Source: an uncultured Gemmataceae bacterium
GTDB lineage: Bacteria; Planctomycetota; Planctomycetia; Gemmatales; Gemmataceae
Assembly (NCBI GenBank): GCA_963750165.1
Contig: CAVVPN010000010.1
Span: 32,001-96,000, forward strand
Length of the DNA: 64,000 nucleotides
Direction: 5' to 3'
Below the pieces are notes generated by a model that searched no databases, was not told the origin of the DNA, and saw only the letters and a program-made list of their open reading frames with translations. Below are positions 1 to 9,818 of this stretch, piece after piece. Made by a program: the position numbers and the translations under genes. The number at the start of each line of letters is the position of its first letter. Position 1 is the first letter of the stretch.

Positions 1-215
1 GCGGGAAAAATCGGCCGCCGGGGCTCCAAAAAAGATGAACCCCTTGAACCCCTTGCTCGGAGTGGCGACCGCGGACGCCCGCCGGCAAAGTGCGGCAGGT
101 CCGTCTGGCAGCGGCTGGCCCGTGAACGCCGTGAGCGCCTTGAGCCCCTTGCAAAGACTGGCAACCGCCGGCACGATCGCGGCGCGCCGACCCGCCGTCC
201 GGGAAGGCAACCGGC

Positions 216-314
216 TCAATGGTTGAACAGAAACTCGCGCCCCGTCAGCACCGACCAGAACAGGTCCTCGAACACCTCACGTCGCGGCTGTCCGTCGCAC
301 GCCGCCTCGGCCAG
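216..314 (-). repeat. Diverged direct-repeat copy of the last 33 codons of the DUF1549/DUF1553 gene (1284-1382)
   Basis: 87/99 nt identical by manual alignment; encodes LAEAACDGQPRREVFEDLFWSVLTGREFLFNH* versus LAEAARDGQGRREVFEDLFWSVLTGREFLFNH*. Confidence 0.92.
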
Positions 315-375
315 ACACTTCAACAAGGTGAACAGGCGCATTGAGGAGCCTTATCCCGGTCAAGCAGGCATTCTG

Positions 376-916
376 TCACCACAAGCGGTTGACGCCATAC
401 AGGTCCAGGGCCACGTCCGTGCTGATGATCGGGATCGCTTCGACCGTCGCCTGGGCGACCAACAGGCGGTCGAACGGGTCGTTATGATGCGGCGGTAGCG
501 TGGTCAGTACGCCCGTGTGTTTGGGCAGAATGTGCGAATGCGAAAGTCGTTGGTCGTGAGCTGCCGGTCCATGACGTCTCGTAGGGTTCCGGCAGGGCGT
601 ACTTGCCCTTGCCGATTTTGATGGCGATTTCCCAGTAGCTCGCCAGGCTAGAGCGCGTTGCAGCCGGGTGTAGCGGGGGAGGCGGTGCCTTGGGTTGCCA
701 GGCGGGGACCGGGAACACGTCATGGGATAGGTGAAAAGTGGCAATCTGGCAAAGTGGCAAACTCAACCCCATCCCCAGACGCTACACCCGACGGCAAAAC
801 GCTCTAACCTCGACATCGTTCGCGGCATCTTCGATCAGCGCCCGGGCGGACGCGCTCAGCTGCGGGTCGTCCAGGATGAACCAGAGGAAGGCATGCGTGT
901 CGAGCAAGACTCTCAC
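376..916 (-). pseudogene. vapC: VapC/PIN-domain toxin, interrupted by a MITE and further frameshifts
   Basis: GTG start overlaps the antitoxin stop; RVLLDTHAFLW...NDVEV|SLASYWEIAIK...HNDPFDRLLVAQA...LYGVNRLW are PIN motifs. Confidence 0.88.
651..804. mobile_element. 154-bp MITE with 25-bp terminal inverted repeats and a TA target duplication
   Basis: GAGCGCGTTGCAGCCGGGTGTAGCG (651-675) versus the reverse complement of 780-804, 21/25 match; TA at 649-650 and 805-806; removing it restores the vapC codons D-V-E-V-S-L-A. Confidence 0.88.
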
Positions 917-1143
917 GGCATGTACTCCGCGAAGTCCTTCAGGTGCTCGTCATCATCCTGCAGGATGGTCAACACGCCCTTCGCACTTCCGGCCTTGCGG
1001 GGCGGCCGCGTGGTCGGCCCTTCGACGACCAGGCGCGCCACCGGCGTGGCGTTGCGGGTGATGACGAGTGGTTCTCCCGGTCGCAGGCGGTCGATCAGCT
1101 CCGGCAGCCGGGCCTGGGCCTCTTCGAGCGTTACGGTTGACAT
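913..1143 (-). CDS. Phd/YefM-like antitoxin of the vapBC pair
   Basis: MSTVTLEEAQARLPELI...GEPLVITRNATPVARL...RKAGSAKG; GTGA overlap with the PIN toxin; TACAAT -10 box at 1199-1204 on the minus strand. Confidence 0.88.
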   Translation of the reverse strand: MSTVTLEEAQARLPELIDRLRPGEPLVITRNATPVARLVVEGPTTRPPRKAGSAKGVLTILQDDDEHLKDFAEYMP

Positions 1144-1283
1144 TGCGAGACTCCCTGGATGGGTTTACCCTGCGGCAACAGGGGAACGGCATCCATTGAT
1201 TGTATCGCCTTGCCGGCGCAGCCGTCGCCGGCCAGGTCCTCCACGCCGAACGGCGCGACCAGTAAGGTGGTGCCGCCGACCCG

Positions 1284-3752
1284 TCAATGGTTAAACAAAA
1301 ATTCGCGCCCCGTCAGCACCGACCAGAACAGGTCCTCGAAGACCTCGCGCCGTCCCTGCCCGTCGCGGGCCGCCTCGGCCAGCAGCGCCAGGAAGCGCTG
1401 CAGCTCCGCCGGCGTCGGGTCGCGGCTCAGCGCCAGCAGGAACACGCGCCGCACCGCCTCCTCGTCGCCGAGCTTCTCCTTGACCCACTGCTCGACGCGC
1501 GATTGCTTGTCGCGCAGCCGGTCGTTGAGCGTCTTGCCGTTGCTCAGGTGCAGGGCCTGGCCGACGGTGGCGTCCTGCTGCCGCTCGCAGGCGCACGGCT
1601 GCGTGCGCTCCGGCCGGCCGAAGGCGTCCAGAAACTGCGACACCACCAGCGAGTCCGGCAGCTGCAGCGCCCGCGTGCCGAGCGGATACGCCGTCGTGCC
1701 GGCCACGCCGCCGCTGGCGCCGACCGCCACCTGTGTGAACTTCGTCGGCACCCCCGTCGCCTGCGCGTAGGCGTCCAGCACCACCTCCGCCGCCAACCGC
1801 CGCGGCAGGTAGCGCGAATAGTAACGGTCGTCGGCGCCGTTGCCCGCGGTCGGCTTCGCGCTGCGCTGGTAGGCCGCGGAGAGCATGATCGTGCGGATCA
1901 GCCGCTTCACGGCGTACTTGTGCTTGACGAAATCCTGGGCCAGCGCGTCGAGCAGTTCCTCGTTGCTGGCGGGGTTGGTCTGGCGCAGGTCGTCCTCCGC
2001 CTCGACCAGGCCGCGGCCCAGGAAGTTGCGCCAGACGCGGTTGACCAGCGCCCGCGCGAAGTACGGGTTGTCCGCCGCGGTCAGCCAGTCCGCGAAATAT
2101 TTGCGGCGGTCCACCGGACTGTCGAGCGGCAGCGGTTTGCCGTCGAGCGGCGCCGGCGGCAGGGCGACGCCACGGCGCAGGTGCGGCACGTCGCCGCCGG
2201 GCAGCGACTGCACCGACACCTCGCCGGGCCGGTCGCCGTTCTTCAGGCCGACGCGCGCGAACAGGTTCGCCAGCGCCCAGTATTGATCCTGCGTCCATTT
2301 CTCCAGCGGGTGGTTGTGGCAACGGCAGCAGGTGACGGACATGCCCAGGAACGTCACCGCGGTCGCCTCGGTCAGCTCGGCCACGTCCTTGTGCAGCACG
2401 AAATAGTTGGCGGCGCCGTTCTGCAGGTTGCTGCCCTGGGCGGTGAGGATGTCGCGGGCGAAGCGGTCCCACGGCTTGTTGTCCGCGACGCCCTGGCGGA
2501 CGTGCTGGTAGAACGCCCACATGGCCGGCTGCGGCAGCCGGCGGCTGGAGATCAGCAGCAGGTCGGACCACTTGTAGGCCCAGTAATCGACGAACTCCGG
2601 CCGCTCCAGCAGTGCGTCGATGAGTTTGGCCCGCTTGTCGGCGGCCTTGCTGGCGCGGAAGGCCCGCACCTCCTCCGGCGTCGGCAGGGTGCCGGCGCAG
2701 TCGAGGTACGCCCGGCGGATGAACTCGTCATCGCCGCAGAGAGGCGACGGCGGGATGTGCAGCTCCTGCAGCTTCTTCAGCACCAGTTCGTCGATGAAGT
2801 TGTGCCGTGGCGAGGCCGCGAACACCTTGGGATCGACCGCGGCGGCCCACGGCGAGGTGACGCGGGCCGACGCCACCAGGTTGGAGTAGATGACCGTGAT
2901 GGCCGCCTCGCCGCGGCCGGCGACGGTGACCAGGCCGTCCTCATCGACCGCCGCGACGAGGTCCTCGGTGCTGCCGAACTTGACCCGGCGCGTCACGTCC
3001 TCGGCGTGGCCGTCGCTGTACCAGGCGCGGACCACCAGCTGCAGCCGGTCCCTGGGTTTCAGCAGCGCCGCGGCGGGGAACACCTCCAGGCGCTGAATCC
3101 GTGCACCGTCCTGCTTCGGGCCGGGGGCGCCGCCGGCGATCCAGTCCGCGAGCACCTGGTACTCCGGCGTCTCGACTTCGAGGCGGAGGCCGCCGCCGTG
3201 CGCCACCGCCATCGTCGGCTTGCGCAGCAGCAGGCTCTGGGCAGGCTCCAGCTTGTTGACACGCCGGCCGAGCGCCTGCCGCGTCATCACGAAATGGTCG
3301 TCCGCCGGCGCGTAGCCGCGCAGTGACAGCTTGAAACCGCCCTTGCCCGCCAGGGCGCCGTGACAGGCCCCCGAGTTGCAGCCGAGCCGCGTCAGCACCG
3401 GGATGACGTGGTTGCGGAAGTCCCAGGTGAACGGCGTTTTCGTCTTGATTACCTTGACCTTGATGGCGGCCTGTTGCTGGCCGTGCGTGGCCGTGATCGT
3501 GGCCTCGCCGTCCGCGACCGCGCGCAGCGTGCCGTCGGCGTCCACCTTGACGACGGCGGGGTGGGAGGACGTGAGCTTCGCCTGTGCGGTCAGGTCGGCG
3601 GTCGCCCGGCCAGCGGCGGCGGTGACGACGAGCAGCCGCTGCGTGGCGTGCGGACCGGTCAGGACGACGGCGGGCGGCAACACTTTTAATTCTGCCGTAG
3701 CGCCGGAGGCCGCCAGCAGAACGATGGTCAGAGAGAGGAATTGTCTGGTCAT
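1284..3752 (-). CDS. DUF1549/DUF1553 (PSD1) protein with Ig-like domains, secreted
   Basis: Signal peptide; GCNSGACHG, FIRRAYLD..GTLP, CCRCHNHP, NPYFARALVNRVW and C-terminal EFLFNH motifs. Confidence 0.93.
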   Translation of the reverse strand: MTRQFLSLTIVLLAASGATAELKVLPPAVVLTGPHATQRLLVVTAAAGRATADLTAQAKLTSSHPAVVKVDADGTLRAVADGEATITATHGQQQAAIKVKVIKTKTPFTWDFRNHVIPVLTRLGCNSGACHGALAGKGGFKLSLRGYAPADDHFVMTRQALGRRVNKLEPAQSLLLRKPTMAVAHGGGLRLEVETPEYQVLADWIAGGAPGPKQDGARIQRLEVFPAAALLKPRDRLQLVVRAWYSDGHAEDVTRRVKFGSTEDLVAAVDEDGLVTVAGRGEAAITVIYSNLVASARVTSPWAAAVDPKVFAASPRHNFIDELVLKKLQELHIPPSPLCGDDEFIRRAYLDCAGTLPTPEEVRAFRASKAADKRAKLIDALLERPEFVDYWAYKWSDLLLISSRRLPQPAMWAFYQHVRQGVADNKPWDRFARDILTAQGSNLQNGAANYFVLHKDVAELTEATAVTFLGMSVTCCRCHNHPLEKWTQDQYWALANLFARVGLKNGDRPGEVSVQSLPGGDVPHLRRGVALPPAPLDGKPLPLDSPVDRRKYFADWLTAADNPYFARALVNRVWRNFLGRGLVEAEDDLRQTNPASNEELLDALAQDFVKHKYAVKRLIRTIMLSAAYQRSAKPTAGNGADDRYYSRYLPRRLAAEVVLDAYAQATGVPTKFTQVAVGASGGVAGTTAYPLGTRALQLPDSLVVSQFLDAFGRPERTQPCACERQQDATVGQALHLSNGKTLNDRLRDKQSRVEQWVKEKLGDEEAVRRVFLLALSRDPTPAELQRFLALLAEAARDGQGRREVFEDLFWSVLTGREFLFNH

Positions 3753-4081
3753 GGTGTGCGCTCGTTTGTGTTCTCGCCCGCTCGCGCCGCGGCCCGACGG
3801 TAGGCATCGATCTCAATGGCGATCAATTCCTGAATCAAGGTTGTTTCCGGCAATCCACTCGCTTCCAGATGCCACAGGATTCCGATGGCACCATCTGTCC
3901 TCCACCCGCGTGCCGCGCCCGCGGCGGCATACTCTTCCCGTGTGAACGCCAATCCCCCGAAGCCACAGCCTGCCCGTAAACCGTACAAGAAATCCCGCAC
4001 CGGCCGCAGCGTGGCCTGGTGAACGTACATCTGGGGGCGTTTGGCCACCCCAGCCAGTAGCTCGCACACCTTTTCCACCAC
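3749..4081 (-). CDS. Hypothetical protein
   Basis: ORF between the nucleotidyltransferase-like gene and the DUF1549 gene, with an ATGA overlap to the latter; GGGAG SD before a GTG. Confidence 0.55.
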   Translation of the reverse strand: MVEKVCELLAGVAKRPQMYVHQATLRPVRDFLYGLRAGCGFGGLAFTREEYAAAGAARGWRTDGAIGILWHLEASGLPETTLIQELIAIEIDAYRRAAARAGENTNERTP

Positions 4082-4100
4082 TGGACTTCTCCCGGTCGCG

Positions 4101-4730
4101 TCAACAGTTGCGCGCCTCGTATTCGTCTTCCCGCCGCTTTTCTTCCAGACATTCGATGTAGTCTCGCCGAATCGACGGGTGCAGTCGGTCGGCAAACGCT
4201 TCATCCAGGTCATTGTGGCGGATGAGTTCCACGACGTCGCCGAAATCCTTGTAACGGCGGGCCGCCAATTTCAGTTCAATCATCGTGGCCAGATTGATTA
4301 CGTGAACCTGTTGAAACAATTCGCTCACCACTGCCGGATCGGGGAAGGCAATCGGGCCGGGTTTACCGCTGCCCGGGAAGCGTCCGGTGACCAGGATGTC
4401 GAGGGTAACGCCGTTGGTCCGATCCGTTAATCGGCGCGGGCGGTTCGGAAAGGGTTCGTAATATTTGGGCACGAACCGGCGGCAGAATTCTTCAAAGCCG
4501 TGCTGGGTGAGCAGAATGTCCACGTCCTCGGTGGCACGCCGGAAGCGGTGGGCGGTGAGCGCCATGGCGCCCATCACGGCGTAAGGAATCTCGGCCTTCT
4601 CCAGGCGCTTCACCAGTCTGCGGAGCGACTGATGGACTTTATCTTTGCCGGCGAAGAACAAGGATAATTCCTCCCAAGCGCTGAGGGTGCGGCGGAGCCG
4701 TTTGGATCGTCGTTCGGCGGGAGCAGTCAT
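4101..4730 (-). CDS. Nucleotidyltransferase-fold protein
   Basis: IPYAVMGAMALTAH..RATEDVDIL and ELKLAARRYKDFGDV motifs. Confidence 0.75.
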   Translation of the reverse strand: MTAPAERRSKRLRRTLSAWEELSLFFAGKDKVHQSLRRLVKRLEKAEIPYAVMGAMALTAHRFRRATEDVDILLTQHGFEEFCRRFVPKYYEPFPNRPRRLTDRTNGVTLDILVTGRFPGSGKPGPIAFPDPAVVSELFQQVHVINLATMIELKLAARRYKDFGDVVELIRHNDLDEAFADRLHPSIRRDYIECLEEKRREDEYEARNC

Positions 4731-4746
4731 GCGGCACCTGAATGAA

Positions 4747-5297
4747 TCACAAAGTAAACAGGTGGGCGAGCGCCAGGCGAAACCCTGGCAACACCGGGTC
4801 ACCGTTGAGTTCGTCCGCCACGGCCAGGATGTTCACCTGCGTCGGGGAGGTGTAGGCGTAGATGAGCCGCTGCAGGGGCACCACCACCCACACCAATTGA
4901 ACGTTCGCGGTGAAATACTCCTGCAACTTTTGCAACACATCCGTCATCGAGTTCGTGAGGCTGATGACCTCCACCGCCAGGTTCGGGGACGCCTCGTACT
5001 GGGCCGGGTCGGTCTGCATCACGCTGTCGGGTACCAGCCGTTCGTTGGCGACGAAGGCGAGGTCCGGCCGGCGCGACAGTCCGGTCGATAGAGAGAACAA
5101 CATCTCCACAAAAACGCGGCCCAGTTTGTTTTGCGCGCGAAGGCCCATAAGTGGCCTGCCAGTTCTGAGGCAACCCCAACAGCCAACGCCCCCATCGGTG
5201 GAACCTCCTGCCGTTGGCCGTTCACAATCTCATACAACGCATCCCCGTCGATGGGCTCACTACCCGGGATGATGGGTAACGCGGTGGCAGTCGTCAT
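4747..5297 (-). CDS. Uma2 family (DUF820) putative endonuclease, one frameshift near 5115
   Basis: YEIVNG..EVPPMG in one frame; RRPDLAFV, PNLAVEVIS, KLQEYF..VQLVWVV and LPGFRL in the next. Confidence 0.85.
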
Positions 5298-5309
5298 GCT
5301 CCCCTCCGG

Positions 5310-6670
5310 TTAAAACAGCTCGCGGATCGGCTGCACGCCAAAATCCGCCAGCGGGATCGGCCGGTTCTGCGGCCCCGGCAGCTCGCGGTGCGGGTCCAAC
5401 CCCAGCGCCTGATACAGCGTCGCCGCCACCTCCGCCGGCGTCACCGGCCGCCGCTTCGGCGCGAAGCCCTGCTCGTCCGTCTCGCCCACCACCCGGCCGC
5501 CGCGGATCGGGCCGCCGCCCATCAAAATCGTCCACGCCCCGGGGTGGTGGTCGCGGCCGCCGGCAGGGTTCACCTTCGGCGTCCGCCCGAACTCGCCCAT
5601 TGCCGTCACGACCGTGTTTTCCAGCAGCCCGCGGTCGCGCAGATCCTCCAGCAGCGTCGTGAACGCCCGGTCGAAGTTCGGCACCACCTCGCGGGCCATC
5701 TGCGTGATGTCCGTGAACGGCCGCGAACCGTGAATGTCCCACGTTACCTCGTCGAAGACCGTCTCGAACATGTTGACCGTCACGAAGCGCACGCCGCGCT
5801 CGATCAGGCGGCGGGCCAGCAAACAGCACTGACCGAAGCGCGTGCGGCCATAGCGGTCGCGCAACCTGGCTGGCTCGGACTCCAGCGCGAACGCCGCCCG
5901 CGCCTCGGCGCTGGTCGCCAGGCGGTACGCCAGCTGGAAATTGCCGTCGAACTGCCGCGCCCCGGCGTCCTGCTCGAACGCAGCCACCGCCCCATCGACG
6001 GCGGCACGCATGCGCTGGCGGCGGTCGGCGCGGACGCTGGAGATGTAGTCGGGCGGCAGCAGGTCGGGCACCTGGAAGTTGGCCACGGACGGATCAGCGT
6101 TGAGCACGAACGGGTCGTGCTGACGGCCGAGGTAGCCGGCGTTCTGGCCGTGCGGCAGGTTGCCGCCGGTGCGGCCGATGGGTCGCGGCATCAGCACGTG
6201 CGCCGGTACGTCGCCGCGGCGGCCGCGGATGCCCCCACCACACAGCCGATGTGCGGGTGCTCGATGCCGCCGCTGAACAGCCGGCCCGTCTGCATCATCT
6301 GATGACCGGTGTCGTGGACCGCCGTCGCCGTGTGGTAGCAGGTGCGGATCAGCGAATATTTGTCCGCGTGCCGGGCCATGCGCGGAAAGATTTCGCTGAT
6401 CTGGATGCCCGGCACGTTGGTCTGCGTGACGCCGAAGGGGCCGCGCACCTCGACGGGGGCGTCCGGCTTCGGATCCCAGGTGTCGAGCTGACTGGGACCG
6501 CCGACCAGGAACAGCATGATACAGTTCACGTCGCGTCGCGGGTTCTGGGCAGCGGCGAACAGGCCGGGCAGCGTCAGGCCGAGCGGGGCCAGCGCCCCGG
6601 CGTGCAGGAAGTCGCGCCGCGTGAAGCCGTCACAAAACGTCGCACCGCGCCGAGCGTTCAGCTGCAACAT
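5310..6670 (-). CDS. DUF1501 domain protein, one frameshift near 6230
   Basis: FCDGFTRRDFL, GGPSQLDTWDPKP, CLLARRLIERGVRFV, GEFGRTP and GRDHHP motifs. Confidence 0.93.
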
Positions 6671-6824
6671 CGACGGAGTCTCCCTTGTTTAGAAGCAGAC
6701 AGGTTGCAATCGGGGCTCATGGGGTTAGAATATCAACCCTACCAGATTCGTGGTGGGAGATTCAATGAAAAACCTGACCGGTTGACGACAGGGCAACTGT
6801 TGCAACCAACTACGGAGGTGGACC

Positions 6825-7628
6825 GTGCAACGACTCGCAGGGCTGTTGGTGATCGGGCTGCTGGCGGCGGTCGGGACGGCTGCCGTCCAGGACAAAAAAG
6901 GGCCGTCCAAGGAGGACATTCAGAAGGCCGAGGCCCAGGTCAAGGAGTACCTGACCAAGAACAAGGCCGAGGGCGGCCAGGTCCTCTACCTGGGCAACGA
7001 GTACCTGGACAAGATGTTCCCCAAGCAGCGCTTCTTCGCGGTGCGCTACCGCATTTACCCGGTGGCGAAAAAAATGCCGGAGGGGATGAAGCCGTCGAAC
7101 GTCATCGTGGTGCCGCCGAACGGCCGGCCGGAGCACCTCAAGGACGCCAAGGCGCTGGAGAATTACTTCAAGACGAACCAGCAGCCCGTCAAGGGCGGGC
7201 TGGACGCCACCTTTTCGCTGCTGAGCTGGTTGACGCTGTCGCAGGAGTTTCGCCAGGACGGCTTTTACAAGTTCAAGCTCCCCACCATGACCGACGGGAA
7301 AGCCGGCGACGGCATCGACATCAAGGGCAGTGCCGTCGTCATGCAAGGCGGCAACGGCGAGATCACGGCGGAGCTGAGTTTCGACAAGGCCGGCAAGCTG
7401 ACGAAGGCGACCGAGACCGCGAAGATCAAGCCGGGACCGCGGCCGATCTGCCAGGCGACCCGGCTGCTGCACGAGGACCCGCTGGTGCGCCGCATCTGCG
7501 AGGCGGACCTGCTCTACATGGGCCGTCCGGCGCTCGACTACCTGCGCGAACAGCGGGCGCTCGCCGGCCCTGATCTGCGGCGGGCGATTGACCGCGTCAT
7601 CGAGCGCATCCAGCGCGAGGCGGATTGA
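6825..7628 (+). CDS. Secreted hypothetical protein
   Basis: GGAGG SD, signal peptide, strong GC3 codon bias; C-terminal RPICQATRLL..DPLVRRICEADLLYMG. Confidence 0.85.
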   Translation: MQRLAGLLVIGLLAAVGTAAVQDKKGPSKEDIQKAEAQVKEYLTKNKAEGGQVLYLGNEYLDKMFPKQRFFAVRYRIYPVAKKMPEGMKPSNVIVVPPNGRPEHLKDAKALENYFKTNQQPVKGGLDATFSLLSWLTLSQEFRQDGFYKFKLPTMTDGKAGDGIDIKGSAVVMQGGNGEITAELSFDKAGKLTKATETAKIKPGPRPICQATRLLHEDPLVRRICEADLLYMGRPALDYLREQRALAGPDLRRAIDRVIERIQREAD

Positions 7629-7639
7629 CGAATCGATCG

Positions 7640-7682
7640 CCCCGTTTACGTTTCGCGCGCGCGGCGCGAAACGTAAACGGGG
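7640..7682. repeat. Palindromic intergenic element (family D), possible bidirectional terminator
   Basis: CCCCGTTTACGTTTCGCGC...GCGCGAAACGTAAACGGGG between convergent genes; related copy at 32662-32711. Confidence 0.75.
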
Positions 7683-7698
7683 TGGGTTCGAGGTGAGG

Positions 7699-8963
7699 TT
7701 ATTTCTTTTGCGCGGCAGCCTTGCGGAGCAGTTCCACCTGATCCCGCAGCCGGGCCGCCTCCACCCGCGTATCTTCGAGCTGTTTTTGCAGGACCGCGTT
7801 GCGTTCGCGCTCTGCCTGAAGCTGTTGCTCCAGCGCCGCGCCGCCTGCTCGGCAACTCGCTGCGTCCGCCGCGTCTGCGCCAGCTGCACTTCCAGTTTCG
7901 CTTGCAGCGCCCGGGCCTCGTCGCGGGCGGCCAGGCTTTGGGCCTGGGCCACCGCGGCGTCCGCCTGGGCCGCGATGGCTCGGGCCTTCTCCATTGTGAG
8001 TTCCGCCCGCAGTTTCTCCACCTCCAGGCGCAACTTGTCCTGTTCCGTCAGCGGCTTCCTGGGCTCTTGCTTCTTACCGCCCGCCGCCCCCTGCTTCTCC
8101 TGGGCAGGCTCCGCTCCCGCGCTGGGGTAGAGCAGACCGCCGGCGCCCGCGCCGACCACCGCGACCGTCAGCAGCACCGCCGCGGCCATTTTCAACTTCG
8201 TCATCCACATGGCGTGTAACACTCCTTCCGTCAGGGCGGCGACCGCCAGCGGGGCCGCCGCGCTCAGGGTGATGGACTGGACCGTGGCGGCCACGAGGAC
8301 GCCCGGCACACTCGCCGTCGCCGAACCCGCGGACAGCGCCGCCGTCAACCCGGCTGCCGACAGCGCGACGCCCTGCCGCGTCAGCCGGCCGGCCAGCAGC
8401 GCCCGCGCCCGGGCCAGCCGGCCGGCCACCGTGCCCTCCGGACAGCCCAGCTGTCGCGCCGCCGCGCCGCGGCTGATGCCCTGCAGGTCGCACAACACGA
8501 AAACCGCCCGGAGTTTCTCCGGTAAGCGGTCCAGTTCGCAGTCGAGCAGCGGCCACAGGTCCGCCCAGGGTTCAGGCTCCGCCGCCGTCGGCTCGGGCAG
8601 TTCCGCCACCTGCCGCTCCCGCGTCGCTCGCCGGTTGCGGAGCGCCCGCGCCTTGAGGGCCGTGCGGTAAGCGACGCCGTGCAGCCAGCCGGCCAGCAGC
8701 CCGTGCCGCAGCGACGCCGCCCTGCGGGCCAGCACCAGAAAGGTCGCCTGGAAGGCGTCCTCCGCGTCGTGGTGGCTCAGCAGCCGGCGGCAGACGCCGA
8801 AGACCATCGGGCCGTGACGGCGCACCAGGGCCGTGAACGCCGCTTGCTCGCGGCGTGTGACGAATTGTTCCAGCAATTGCCCGTCGCTCTGCGCCTCCGC
8901 GGCTGGCACGAGGCTGATGCCGCGAAGGCGCTGGAGGACGGCGTGCATGCGGCCGGTTGCCAT
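7699..8963 (-). CDS. ECF RNA polymerase sigma factor with transmembrane and coiled-coil C-terminal extension, frameshift near 7835
   Basis: DGQLLEQF..AFTALVRRHGPMV..DAEDAFQATFLVL; LPEK.R..FVLCDLQG..GTVAGRLARAR; hydrophobic helix KLKMAAAVLLTVAVV. Confidence 0.9.
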
Positions 8964-9054
8964 GACGTGCCTCCCACCCTATTCTGCCCGGCCGCGGCGG
9001 GATTGATACGACTTTTTTCGGGGTGTTCCTCGGGGCGGTTGGCACCCTCGTCCG

Positions 9055-9621
9055 TCAGGACTTGACGAACATGATCGCCACGACGGCCAGGACGGCGATC
9101 AACACGAGGGTGAGCCAGGTGGGAAGCAGCGCCCGGGATTGCTTCGGGCTGGACGCCGCCTCTGCGGGTGTGGGGTGGTGGGAACCGGCCAGGGCCACGC
9201 TCTGAAGCGGGACGGTGCCCTGGTACGCATCGGTGGGCGCCGGGTTGTCGCCGAACTGGTCCGGGGAGCCCGACTCGGCGTCGCCCTCGGGACGGCGGGA
9301 GTGGCCCGAAGGGTTCAGCGACTCGGCGAACTTCGACCCCAGACCGAAGACCACGACCAGGCAAAACAGCACCGTACCGCCCTCGACGACGGTGTAGGAC
9401 CAATAATTGCCCCGGTCCAGGGGGTCCAGGCCGCGCGCGGCCATTTGCGCTCCCAGGAACGCGCCGATACAAAAGGCCAGGGGCATCGGCAACATGCCGA
9501 CCAGGCCAAGCCACCGTGCCGCCGCGCCGGACACGATGCGATCCTTGCCCACCTTCAGCTTGCCCGTCACCAGAGCGCACAGGCCCAGGATAAACAGAGC
9601 GATTTCTGCAACGACAATCAT
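9055..9621 (-). CDS. Hypothetical membrane protein
   Basis: GAGG SD; three N-terminal and one C-terminal hydrophobic segments. Confidence 0.7.
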   Translation of the reverse strand: MIVVAEIALFILGLCALVTGKLKVGKDRIVSGAAARWLGLVGMLPMPLAFCIGAFLGAQMAARGLDPLDRGNYWSYTVVEGGTVLFCLVVVFGLGSKFAESLNPSGHSRRPEGDAESGSPDQFGDNPAPTDAYQGTVPLQSVALAGSHHPTPAEAASSPKQSRALLPTWLTLVLIAVLAVVAIMFVKS

Positions 9622-9818
9622 GACTGCCTCCTCTCGTGAATGGTGTCTGGAACCGACACCAAAAAATACGCCAGAAACCGGACCTGTGCCGGGTTTTTTG
9701 TCCACCCGCGGCGACCGTTCGACGGCGCGGCGCTGGACAACGATCCGGGTTGAGGGCATACTGTCGCTCAGTCGATTCGGCCACGACCGGAGAATCTTCA
9801 CTTCTCGGGAGGACCGTC

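Noticed and set aside
5310..6670. Recent duplication between the two DUF1501 genes
   Set aside because: They share motifs but are clearly diverged paralogs, and this family is highly expanded in planctomycetes
6810..7698. C-terminal part of the 717-aa ECF sigma ORF
   Set aside because: Frameshift artefact; the true frame ends at 7699 and the remainder is antisense to the 6825-7628 gene
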